This document shows, in pieces, positions 52,001 through 63,360 of a stretch of 64,000 nt of DNA. Each line of letters begins with the position of its first letter. The first letter of the stretch is position 1. The position numbers were made by a program, and so were the translations under genes. Below the pieces are notes generated by a model that saw only the letters and a list, made by a program, of their open reading frames with translations, did no database searches and was not told the origin of the DNA. Source of the DNA: Hormiphora californensis (Eukaryota > Animalia > Ctenophora); contig CM035359.1 in NCBI GenBank assembly GCA_020137815.1, positions 6,696,001 through 6,760,000 of the forward strand, read 5' to 3'.

Positions 52001-54540
52001 ATTTATCTCTAACTGTTCAACGTTCGTTATGTCTTCATGTGAGAAAAAAAAGGAGACGAATGGTACAATACAACAATACAACATTTCAATTTTTCATCGT
52101 GTCCAGCTAATGCAAAGTGAAGGAAAATATAATGGATCATACATTACACTATTTATACCTAAAATAACATACAGAAAAAAGAAAATTTTATAAGGGTTGC
52201 ACAATTGTCCGGTTTGATGTGTGGGTCTCATGATGACCATTTCTTAGAAACGCCTGAATAATTTAAAAAGCCACCTAACATCATGGAAACATTTCTCAGC
52301 ATATATGTTCTTAGTAATTTAAATGAATTTGATTTATACAGCTGTGTGACACACGTGTACTAATTGGTGAACCACAGTTAGTAAAGATATCCCTGATGGG
52401 TTCGCTAATTGAAAGATGTGAGAAATTCACTTCATATCATCTTACTATAACAGTCGAGCCCCGATCTAACGGCAGGATAATCGTCCCCCGGTATGAGAAA
52501 TTAACAGTATTTGACCCCTATTTAGTGGACACCCCGAGGGTGCCGTTAAATCGGAGTCCGACTGTATAACTGTTTTATGTTACAGCAGACTCACAAATAC
52601 CGAAATTGTATAGCATTTTATAATCAATGCATCAAATAAAAGTAACGAACGCTCCTACGTAGTATAGTTGCAACAACAAATGTGAACAACCAGATATGGC
52701 TAAATCGCGATCGCAACTTAATAGTTCTCGCATATACATATTAATGTTGACACACGCTTAAAAACTCATTCCACGCCTAGATTTAAAAAATGTTTTGCTT
52801 GTTACGAAGAGTAATCTTTAATTAAATTAAAACTTGGACTACATAATAATTTCAAGTTGACAGCTATAAACCAACGCAGAGGAAATTTCCTCCCTGAAGG
52901 GAGATCAACTATGTACCTTAAATAACTACTTCCACAATAGTTGGCGTGTTAGCTGGTCCTCTTTACCATGTAAATTAAATATACTAGTAAACCCGTTCGA
53001 CCTACGGGCGAATTTCGGGGAAATGGTAGCTGGGTTATGGAGCACTGACATCACCAGTCGAACTGTTGACATGCACCATCCCATCTTAAGTTACTGTACC
53101 GTAAAAGGAGCTCAGGCGGGATCGCTGCGAGTTTCAGAACGTCAGATGATGATGATCGGGCGATCAAAGTGATAAAAGAACTTACTATTTTGCAGACTCC
53201 TCGCGTTTCGTCTGTTTGCAGTATTCATTTGAGATTGATCATCGGTTCTGTCTAACCTCCAACGTCTTTTTTGTTGTCTCTGCACTTCTCTTGGTGTTGC
53301 TGTATTTAAATCCCTCAGTGTATGGAAAAGTAGAGAAAAGTAGTGAGATCTCCAATTGTCGCTTTCGTATATCAACGGTTGTTGAAGAGAGTATAATAGC
53401 TGGAACAGTGACACAATACAAAGCAAGAACAGCTGCACGTGCAGCTGCAGTACGTAGTAACAATCCTTGGTAACGACTCACACCCCTGGCCCCACTCCAG
53501 CTATAGTACTCCACCTCTAAACCTGCACGTGCAAAATGCCGTATTTGGTAAAAATATCATCACCCATCATTTCCCTATTTGCTTTAATAATAGTATGATT
53601 TGGGCGTGAAGAGAGAGGGTCTGCAGTAGTTTCAAGAAGTTGTCGACAAGAAAATTTCTGATCACACATACACACACCACACACACGCACACAGATTTAC
53701 CGGAACCCCGAATTACCGGGAGGATAATCTTCCCCCGAGCATCCCGGTAAATCGGGGTCAGATTGCATTTTTTAAGTTGTATTTGTTTTTTCAGTTGGTG
53801 ATGGGAAAAGATAATGGACGATATAAATGTGTCGCAGAGAAACAGTCAGGGGAGAGTCGAGTCTGTAATCGTCGTTGCAATCAGTAAGTAAAGTTTTAAA
53901 CTTACGTAGCTGTCATTTATGCATTACGTTGGTTATATATATACATAATATAGCTATTATATAGAGCGATTAATATAACAGCGATTATATATATACCACA
54001 TAATATGGCTGGGAAGAATCCGCAATCTCTCACGCCCCTCCAACTTGAAACGAGGACCGATATAAATGGCCGCGGCACTGTGTGTGTTATAGGATTTAGA
54101 GCTGACATATACATATACGTAGTAGCATATGTTGCATACATGAGTGTGTGAGAGTTACAGAGGTGTAGAGGCCGGTAATATGATATATATAAGCTATATA
54201 TAGATAGCTCTGGTAAATAATTTATATAAAACCATAAAATATGAAAATATCATGACCACATAAATTATACTACAGGGCGGGAGAATTATGCTATAATAAT
54301 GCCATGACATTAGACTAAGGTCACATGTGTCTTTACTAGTTTACTACTGCTAGCATATGGCCGGCTGACTAAAGCCAAGTCCACATTATATAGTAAATCT
54401 ACTAGCATATGCCATATGCCATCATATGCACAGATGACAAACAAACGCACAAAGACGTCGTGGAGCGAGTGTGAGAGAGATTACATAGCCATGGCATGAA
54501 ATTTTGAGGGAGATAGATTGAGAGAGAGAGAGAGAGAGAG

Positions 54541-54608
<68 letters not shown>

Positions 54609-54728
54609 ACACATGAGAGAGAGATGCAGCTGTTAATAATAGTATATGCATCCTAACATATAATATCATTATGAATATGATGCCCTATGCCCCATCCCTT
54701 GTCCCAAGGTTCATTGAATCTCTCTTCC

Positions 54729-54802
<74 letters not shown>

Positions 54803-57648
54803 TCACTCTCTCTGTCTCTCTCTCACTCTTGAATTGAAAAAAGTTCCCACCTCATTTCATCACGTCTTCACATAGATCAATCGGGCTGCAAGGGTTCGAG
54901 TGCACGCTCTAAATTCAGAGATATGAGTTGAAGAGGGCCGCGCGGTTAGATCAGATTCAGATCACTCTGCAGAATTCATCCCAGAGAAAGAAGAAGGAGC
55001 TGTTAGCTAGCGACCCCTCCCCCTCCTTTTACAAGTTACAACATAACTATTAACTAAGGGGCTAAGGGCTGATAGTCAAGTTACAGAGAGAGACACAGTA
55101 TTTGATATATGACCCCACCCGCCATAAAACGCAAAGATGTTTTTGCCGCTAAAACTTATAATCAATAAATCCTTGCTTATAGAAAGTATAAACCCCTCCC
55201 TTTGGTCGGCTTTTATACCATATACCACCCTCCCTGCTTCGCAGGTCGGGCAGTATATGCTGTAGCGAATCACCCTAGCGGGTGACCCACTACATATAAA
55301 CCCGGGTTTATTGATTATAGAGACCAGCGTGTCTTGTATGTCAGGACAATGGGTGAAATTAACCTGCCTCAGGGGTAATTAGCCGTGAGACCTAAACCTG
55401 AGATTCAGGCACGACTGTTTTTCCCCAATATCACTCTCCCAATTATTATCAAATAATCAATTAATATATCACCCCTCCCTTCAGTGCCCCGAATGACGCC
55501 AATGTGCCCTAACAAAGATGACAAAATTGAGCGGTGTGAGTACGATTTTTGTGCGGATGCCGAGTGCCCTGCCTACGAGGGGACCAACAATGTAACCTGT
55601 ATCAACACTGTGTGTAATGTTTGCACTTACATATTCGTGGATAAAAACCAGAACTACGTCGATTGCTGTAAGTTGCAACTAATATTTGAATACTATTGAA
55701 CACTATTATAGTGCCTCAATAGATTGTAAGGGGAAGAAAATCAGTACAGTCTGAGCCCGATTTACCGAAATGCTCGTAAATTGGAACAGCAAATATAACT
55801 AAGGAAACTAGGGGGATTAAACTAAAGGGGGATGAAACTGAAACCATTTAAGATAAAGAGCTATTATATTAGTCTGACAGGTTGTGTTGTCTAGCCCCCC
55901 CCCCCCTCCGTTCATATGTTGATGGGAGCTGTCCAATGGACAGTGTCCATGTCACATGGTCTTTACGATAGAGACTTCATCGTTAAAATTGTCTGATAAA
56001 CTAATGGGTTCTTGTTTAGAAAGATCTGCAATGTCAAGAATAAATACTTAAATACCACCCCTGAGAAATGAAAGTGGGAGAGAGTAAGAGAGAGTAAGAG
56101 AGAGAGAGAGAGAGAGAGAGAAAACTTCTCTGCTATAATTGATCCCTAAGCTACCTCGAATATAATTATACTATTTAGAGGTTTTACACATACAAATTTG
56201 AACAATAGATACAGAATTTTGGTGGTTGAAGATTGTTTGGCTCACATCCCGCTCTGTTATAGGGTTCGGTAGATCAAGTTGGAAATTAACTGTGGTGGTG
56301 CTCCATAGCACATTATTCGTCAGCTTGACAGAGAAGTTTTAACAGAAAGTACGGGTACTTTTGTCCCATGAGGTTATTTTACGTGGCGCCACACTGTGGA
56401 GCATGATGGGAAATGAGCTTCAAATATTAGTAGCTGATTATTTAACTTAAGGTAGGAGGAGTGGCTAGTATTTTAAATTGTCGGTGGTAGCTTTTATTAA
56501 ACATTTGGAAAGTTTTATACCTTCACAAATCACAATGCAGGTAGAGTATATCGCGGGAATTGAATTGACACCATTGAGTAGCCTAAGCTGGGTCTGTATA
56601 AAAGGGTCTCTCTCTCGCTACGAGCACAAATGAAGTATGAACGTTTGTAGACTGGCGCGTTATGAAGTTGGCTGTTCCCAGCGCGAGCTGGGGACAGCCA
56701 ACTGGAGTTTAATCGCCCGGCAGGGCGATTAAACTGGTTTAAATCCCGACTCCGATCCCGAGGCGCCAGCCGAGGGTGAGGGGGAGGTGATTTAAACCTA
56801 TAACGCGATAGGCTAACAAACGTTCATATTTTATGAAACCCGATAGTAATTACACACAAATAAGAGACACAACACAAGGTGAAACACACTAGAACTGCTG
56901 GTAAATAGTCAACAGATACCCTGAAAATGTGTGTAGACTTAGTGTCTACTGTTCCTAACATGTTTGAGAAAGAGAGAGAAAGATTAGGCGGAAAACATCC
57001 GTACTGAACTGAACTCCAGTACGCCGACTACTTACTGAAGGAAAACTGATTCAGTTATTTTCAGTGAACAGCCGTACTGTACTCGAAACTCGAGTGTTAT
57101 CGCTGTGTTCTCCATCTTACAATTCCAACAATCAAACATCCAAACCTTAGCAGCACGCAAGCACGTCCTCTCTCTCTCATCTCTCTCTTAGAGAGAGCAG
57201 CAGATGTAGCACGAGCAGAGAGAGAGCAGCGCATAGAGCGAGAGAGAGACGAGAGAGCGATAGAGGAGAGAGAGCAGATAGAGAGCGAGAGTCAGAGCGA
57301 TGCTACTCTCTCTCTAGAACCGCGCTCCTCGTCTATCCACCGGCCTCTCTCTTCGCCCCCTCCTATCGTCGTTCTCTCACCCGCCCTCTTTTTTATCTCC
57401 TGATCTCGCTCTCTCTCATCTCTTCTAGCTCGTATCGCGAGCTCGGCTATAGAGCTCTATGCTAGACACAGCGCAGAATGCGTTGGAGAGTGGGGTGTAA
57501 GCAATACCGATATAGTTAATGTAAACATAACTTATCGACAGAACAGTATTGGAGTATCGACGAGGGAAAGAGCTCTCTCAATCTCTCTGTCGTATCTGAG
57601 AGTCTCTAAGATAGCGAGAGAGAGCTCGCTCGCTCGTATCATCTCTTC

Positions 57649-57686
<38 letters not shown>

Positions 57687-60600
57687 TTCTCCCTTACTAT
57701 CTCAGTATCTCTCACTCTCGCGTTTGCAACATTGTTATCAATCACCTGTTAAAACTGGAAGAACTCCAGTAAGTACTCGAGTACTCCAGTACACCAGTTC
57801 TCTCAGTTCTCAAATTTGTGAACTGAGAGAACTCGTCTAGCGCGCGATGGTTTCGAGGTCAGTTCAGTAAATAGCCGTACTGGTGCGCGAACTCCAGTAT
57901 TTTTCTCAGTAAGTAGCCGTCGAACTGGAGTTCAGTTCAGTACGGCTGTTTTCCGCCATAGGGGCAATACACACTGTCAGAGGTAATGAACAGTAAAAGA
58001 GACAATGAGAGAGAGAAATGAATGGAATGTGATTCTTTTCACTCCTTATGAGAGAGATAACATTGAAACGTGTTGCAGACATGTTTCCCCTTTCTTTTGT
58101 TGACAGAACTGTGTGTTTACACACATTTTCAATACTTAGAATTTTACACGCATGTTATTCAAATGAAGAGAAACGCGTGAAAAAGGGCACTGGCCTGATA
58201 AATCGTGAGCAGGGTGTTAAATCCCCCAGCTAGCAGTTATCATGAGCGCGCAAAATGTTCAAACGACTGTCAAATCAGCTATCGGGTTTCATAGCTATAT
58301 GAAACCCGATAGTTGATTTATCAGTCGTTTGAAGATTTTGCGCGCTCATGATAACTGCTAGCTGGGGGATTTAACACCCTGCTCGCGTTTTAACAATCCC
58401 GCTCTCTTTTTCACGCATTTCTCTTCATTTGAATAACATGCGTGTAAAATTCAGAGTAATTAAAATGTGTGTAAACACACAGTTCTGTCAATAACAGAGA
58501 GCGGAACACATCTGCAACACTTTTCAAAGTTATCTCTCTCATAAAAAGTCAAAAGAATCACATTCCTATCTCTTCTCTCTCTCATTCTCTCTTTTACTGT
58601 TCAATATCTCTCACTGTGTGTATTAGCCCCAATCTTGCTCTCTCTTACTCAAATATGTTAGGAACAGTTGCAACTAGGTGCCAGTTAGTCTACACACAGT
58701 TTGGGGACTGTCTGTTGACTATTTGCCAGTACTCCTTGTGTGTTTTACCTTGTGTTGTGTCTCTTGTTAGTGTGAAATTGCTATCGGGTTTCATAAACTA
58801 TGAACGTTTGTTAGCTTGTCACGTTATAGGTTTAAATCGCCTCCCCCTCACCCTCGGCTGCGCCTCGGGTTCGGGGTCGTGATTTAAACCAGTTTAATCG
58901 CCCTGCTGGGCGATTAAACTCCAGTTGGCTATCGCCAGCTCGCGCTGGCGACAGCCAACTTGATAACGCGCCAAGCTACAAACGTTCATAGTTCATATAT
59001 CCAAAACAATACAATTTGGAATATACTTCAAAGATCTAAAGCCGCTAAGAGGAGGGATGCTCGACTCAATAAAAGAATCCAGGCCTTTATACTAACCGTT
59101 TAGAGGTAGTTATCACGCGCTCGAGACGCTTCCTCGGGCGAGACAGTGCAGGTTAAAAGTGGTTTAAGGGTATACGCGGGTTGTGACAGGACATGGGGGG
59201 AGTAAATACTAAACACTTTGGGTGTCATGCCTTATAAACACCTTGGTAATACGAAATAACCCCTCGCGACCGCGCTGGCAAGGGAGGGGTTATTTCGTTA
59301 CCAAGTAAACACCCTGGGAGCAATGCTGCTTTACCGAAGTGCTTATCTTGTTTGGAAAGATTACAAGTTGTTATAGTTACTAACAACCCCAGCCGGGTCC
59401 AGTTATCTGCCAAGTTTCTTCCCCTTTAATTAATTTATTTTGATAGTAGCGTGACGTTCCCTTCGTGGGTGGACACTGGACAGTCCACTGGACACTGTTA
59501 CTCTAATACTCTGCCAGAGAACTGGCCAGACAGCTGACTTAGCTGTTGAACACAGGGAGAACTCATTTGTTCAGCGGCTGAGTAGCAGCGTCAACCCACA
59601 AAGACTCTAATAGAAATGTAAATACCCCCCCTTCAATTATATTATTTAAATAACAAGTTATTTCTTTCAGATGCTGATCTAAAAGCTTTGAAAATGATGA
59701 AGAAAATGAGCAACATGGGAAGTATGGGAGGTATGGGCGCTATGCCTGGGTGGCCCGCTGGGTCTTCAATGGGCGGTTCAATGGGCGGCTCAATGGGCGC
59801 TATGCCTGGATGGCCCGCTGGGTCTTCAATGGGCAGTGGTATGGGTGCTATGCCTGGGTGGCCCGCTGGATCTTCAATGGGCAGCGGTATGGGCGCTATG
59901 CCTGGGTGGCCCGCTGGGTCTTCTATGGGCAGCGGTATGGGCGCTATGCCTGGGTGGCCCGCTGGGTCTTCTATGGGCAGCGGTATGGGTGCTATGCCTG
60001 GGTGGCCCGCTGGATCTTCAATGGGCAGCGGTATGGGTGCTATGCCTGGGTGGCCCGCTGGGTCTTCTATGGGCAGCGGTATGGGCGCTATGCCTGGGTG
60101 GCCCGCTGGATCTTCAATGGGCAGCGGTATGGGCGCTATGCCTGGATGGCCCGCTGGGTCTTCAATGGGCGCTATGCCTGGATGGCCCGCTGGGTCTTCT
60201 ATGGGCAGCGGTATGGGCGCTATGCCTGGATGGCCCGCTGGGTCTTCAATGGGCGCTATGCCTGGATGGCCCGCTGGGTCTTCAATGGGCAGCGGTATGG
60301 GCGCTATGCCTGGATGGCCCGCTGGGTCTTCAATGGGCGCTATGCCTGGATGGCCCGCTGGGTCTTCAATGGGCGGCTCAATGGGTGGTTCAATGGGCGG
60401 CTCAATGGGCGGATCAATGGGCGGAGCGTCCATGATGGACAAGAACGCTTGGCACAACGTTCCCGGATGGCCGGGTCACATGAGCCAAATGGGCAGCATG
60501 GGTCAGGGATCGGGAGCTAAGGCCCAGAGTGGTTCAGGAGGCAGTGGAGGAGATGATGGTCACCTGAGGCAGTTCTACTCGGGGGTCCCTGAAGACGAGG

Positions 60601-60713
60601 AGGATGAGACCGAGAAGGAGGGAGAACAGGAGGATAGTAGCTACGGAATGATGGGAGGAATGATGGGAGGAGGAATGATGGGAGGAATGATGGGCGGTGG
60701 AATGGGACATTAA
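31100..60713 (+). CDS. Secreted multidomain protein: signal peptide, (KGG)n, follistatin-N/Kazal, Ig, Ig, Cys-rich, Ig, Cys-rich, Met/Gly/Trp repeat, acidic tract. Exons: 31100-31165, 31534-31627, 31912-32027, 32167-32275, 32574-32657, 33348-33445, 33610-33700, 38753-38844, 47272-47358, 48579-48663, 48887-48981, 50782-50869, 51620-51733, 51859-51926, 53795-53883, 55485-55667, 59671-60713
   Basis: MGRRLFVLCLLILSLSLVTDA signal; VCGSDMVTYETACHL Kazal; Ig motifs EWRKD..DEGNYTC, SWMKN..TGTYQC and LPCKATGYPEPTITW..DNGRYKC; GT-AG phases consistent apart from one extra A near 53840; 17 coding exons identified. Confidence 0.8.
31265..31440. repeat. (CCACCCT)n heptamer microsatellite in intron 1
   Basis: Direct observation. 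Confidence 0.95.
32855..33009. mobile_element. Intact MITE, TAAAGTCGG TIR family
   Basis: TIRs at both ends; homologous to the split copy at 2050-10145. Confidence 0.88.
34251..36985 (-). CDS. Opsin (type-2 animal opsin), ~408 aa, nested antisense. Exons: 36985-36832, 36681-36541, 36394-36283, 36016-35889, 35734-35611, 35391-35258, 35082-34958, 34755-34623, 34547-34450, 34328-34251
   Basis: TM1 GNALVI, TM3 SIERY, TM5 YFIPL..FCY, TM6 AERK..SWTPY, TM7 PAFMAKTSTLWSPIIY with the K296 equivalent; GT-AG introns; total 1227 nt in frame. Confidence 0.92.
37100..37197. mobile_element. pogo/Tigger-like MITE (CAGTCGGA-CCCGATTTA family)
   Basis: TIR pair; relatives at 35140-35226, 52451-52564, 53692-53765 and 61875 onward. 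Confidence 0.75.
37681..37960. repeat. 15-bp tandem repeat (GGTAAATCGAGGTCC)
   Basis: Direct observation; unit resembles the pogo-like MITE subterminal motif. Confidence 0.85.
39168..39339. mobile_element. pogo/Tigger-like MITE with TA TSD
   Basis: TA-CAGTCGGACCCCGATTTAGGGA...TCCCTAAATCGGGGTCCGACTG-TA. Confidence 0.88.
40518..40889. mobile_element. 372-bp MITE with 9-bp TSD, same family as 11000-11371
   Basis: TSD TATCATTCA at 40509-40517 and 40890-40898. Confidence 0.9.
41447..47086. repeat. 32-bp tandem satellite, about 176 copies, intronic
   Basis: Unit GAAAGGAACCACCCTACCATATAGCT(A/T)CTCCT; no spacers. Confidence 0.97.
47949..48255. mobile_element. hAT-type MITE
   Basis: TIR CAGGGGTGTAGGAAT; 8-bp TSD GTCTCTGC at 47941-47948 and 48256-48263. 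Confidence 0.88.
49819..50754. mobile_element. Near-perfect foldback element, ~450-bp arms, ~30-bp loop, TA-flanked
   Basis: GTAGAGGCAATAATTACACTCAC...GTGAGTGTAATTATTGCCTCTAC. Confidence 0.88.
54520..54830. repeat. Opposed (GA)n and (CT)n microsatellites
   Basis: Direct observation. Confidence 0.85.
56630..58996. mobile_element. Composite A-B-B'-A' element; each module bounded by TATGAA...TTCATA
   Basis: A 56636-56828, B 56832-58293, inverted B' 58298-58795, inverted A' 58799-58990. Confidence 0.7.
56987..57957. mobile_element. TIR element (Harbinger-like termini) inserted in module B
   Basis: GGCGGAAAACATCCGTACTGAACTGAACTCCAGT / ACTGGAGTTCAGTTCAGTACGGCTGTTTTCCGCC; absent from B'; inner 57711-57832 is shared with 5293-5415. 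Confidence 0.65.
59740..60425 (+). repeat. Coding tandem repeat (GAMPGWPAGSSM[GSGM])n
   Basis: 48/36-bp units varying mostly at third codon positions. Confidence 0.9.
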
Positions 60714-62471
60714 TGAATAGTATGATAGACTGAGTATTATACTTGCATGCTACCGCGATGTCACACCTGAAAGAGGTACTAAGTGGACAGCTATACTAAA
60801 TACTGCGTAACATGCAGTTGGCAATAGAGCCAGTATAAATTCTGAGTGAATTTAGCGAGAAAGCTTTTTATACGATTTCTACTCCTTTTTTATAAACTGA
60901 AACAACTTCATTATCTTGCAGTAAAAAGTACATTTATGTTTTTCACATTTCAAAGATATAATTATGTACACGATGATTATTGGCACAGTTTATACCATGT
61001 AAAATATGATTTTTCTCTTTATCTCATTTCTACCTCTTTTAAATAAGTTCGTTTTTACAACTTTCCTGTCCAACTCCAACTGTCTATCTGTGCTCAGCTG
61101 AGCTCAGGTCGGGTCAGCGCCGCCAGAAACTCAGACAGCTGACATTATTCACAAAAATGGAAGTTAACACAAACAGTAACACAAGATAAATTACTATCAG
61201 GCGCAGGCTAGGCATTGTTGCATTGAGTAAGGTGTCTCTCACCCTTTAATCAACAAATCACTGTCTGCCGTCTGGCGGCGCCAGACCCCAATGGCCAATT
61301 TGATTCTCAGATATGGGGTCGGCGCCGCCAGACAAACAAGCATTACGCTGACACACATAGATAATACGTTTAAAGAAGCTTTATCATATTTCCTACAATG
61401 CAGATATCAAAGCATTTATCATGATACCCATCAAGGTACTGCACTGTCCAATTTGATCTTCATTTATTCTTCGTATGGTTGGCCAAATTTCGCCAGTACA
61501 GATGATCCTGAAATAATTTGTTGAGTAAGAACTAATGGAAAAGTGTTTATCTGGAATACACTAAGCTACTATGCAGTCAATTCGGCTTCTAGAAAACGTG
61601 TCTAAAAACTTGTCTAACTATTATAGTTAGCACGTGGAATGGGTATAATTGTACATTGTATAATACCCCCATTTTATACTTGTAATATACGTACGTCGAT
61701 CCTTGATTGATTTGAGTACAAAGTGGAGGATACAGGAGAAAGCGAATGCAAGCAGTGAACATATTCCGAAGATGTTGATGACTCCCTTCCAGTTGAGCAC
61801 TACGTGCCAGCCCATCACAAGAAGACCCTATAATTATGCAAAATTATATTTAGTCTCTTATATATTTTATATTACAGTCGGACCCCGATTTAACGGCACC
61901 CTCGGGGGAAAGGGTTTTGTCCGTTAAATCGGGGTGTCCGTTAAATCGGGGTAGAGCATATTTGGCCCATAAAACCCTATTTTTGTCCAAAATGCTCTAC
62001 TAAAACACCTTAAGTGTTAAATGCAATGTCCGTGTATTGATTACGTGATCATTTCTATTTTCTGATTAGAAAAAGAATTTTTTTAATTTCAAAAAAGGTT
62101 ATAAAAATTTTCTAAGGTACATACTACATATCAACCACGTCCGAATCGTTTATCGAATCAGTGCATCTTATCGCATGTCTTGCTGCTAATTAGACGGCTC
62201 GAAACGAACCGATACGTGATACCATGCCGAATCTGGGCACTTTAAACGGGGTGAGGAAGAATTCGAATTTCAAAATATATTTTCCTCTGAAAATTCATGG
62301 GGAGCACCGATCAAAGCATTGACAATCATTCTGTAGAATTTTGCAAAAAAAAGTTATGAAAATTTTTCAAAGGTATACAAACCACGTCCGAATCGTGTTT
62401 CGAATCAGTGCATCTAAGGGCGCGCACAGACTGTTCATGCGTGATCATGTCCATAAGTGGGCAAGATTTTG

Positions 62472-63341
62472 GGTAAGTCGGAAGAACCTGTCCGTTCCTC
62501 TCATGAGCGCTCATGAGTGTATCATGAGTGTGTCATGAGTGTATCATGAGTGTATCATGAGCGCTCATGAGACGTTTTTAGGTGTTTCAACGTCTCATGA
62601 GCGCTCATGAGTGTGTCATGAGTGTGTCATGAGTGTATCATGAGCGCTCATGAGTGCTCATGAGACCTTGCTCATGAGCGCTCATGAGACATATGTCTCA
62701 TCCCATCTCTGTTTCAATGTCTCATGAGCGCTCATGAGACGTTTTGACCTACATGTGCTCATGAGTGTATCATGAGACATGTCTCATGAGACATATATCT
62801 CATGAGACGTTAGGGTTAGGGTTAGGGTTGGGTTTACGGTTGGGCTAGGGTTAGGGTTATCCTTTAGGTCTAGGGACCCGTAGGGATAGGGTTAGGGTTA
62901 ACCCATAGGCTTGGACCTAGCCCTACCCTCTACAGGTCCCTAAACCTAAAGGAAAGCCCTAACCCTAGCCCAACCCTAAACCCAACCATAACCATAACCC
63001 TAACGTCTCATGAGATATATGTCTCATGAGACATGTCTCATGATACACTCATGAGCACATGTTGGTCAAAACGTCTCATGAGCGCTCATGAGACATTGAA
63101 ACAGAGATGGGATGAGACATATGTCTCATGAGCGCTCATGAGCAAGGTCTCATGAGCACTCATGAGCGCTCATGATACACTCATGACACACTCATGATAC
63201 ACTCATGAGCGCTCATGAGACGTTGAAACACCTTAAAACGTCTCATGAGCGCTCATGATACACTCATGATACACTCATGACACACTCATGATACACTCAT
63301 GAGCGCTCATGAGAGGAACGGACAGGTTCTTCTGACTTACC
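62472..63341. mobile_element. Palindromic element with 8-bp TSD (Merlin-like termini), CTCATGAG arrays and TTAGGG-like core
   Basis: GGTAAGTC...GACTTACC; TSD AGATTTTG at 62464-62471 and 63342-63349. Confidence 0.8.
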
Positions 63342-63360
63342 AGATTTTGATCAAGTCACG

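Noticed and set aside
57170-57650. Unusual scrambled GA/CT sequence
   Set aside because: Looks like low-quality consensus across opposed microsatellites.
59642-60520. Alternative-frame and antisense ORFs over the Met/Gly repeat
   Set aside because: Shadows of the coding repeat; third-position variation and splice phase support only the frame ending at 60713.
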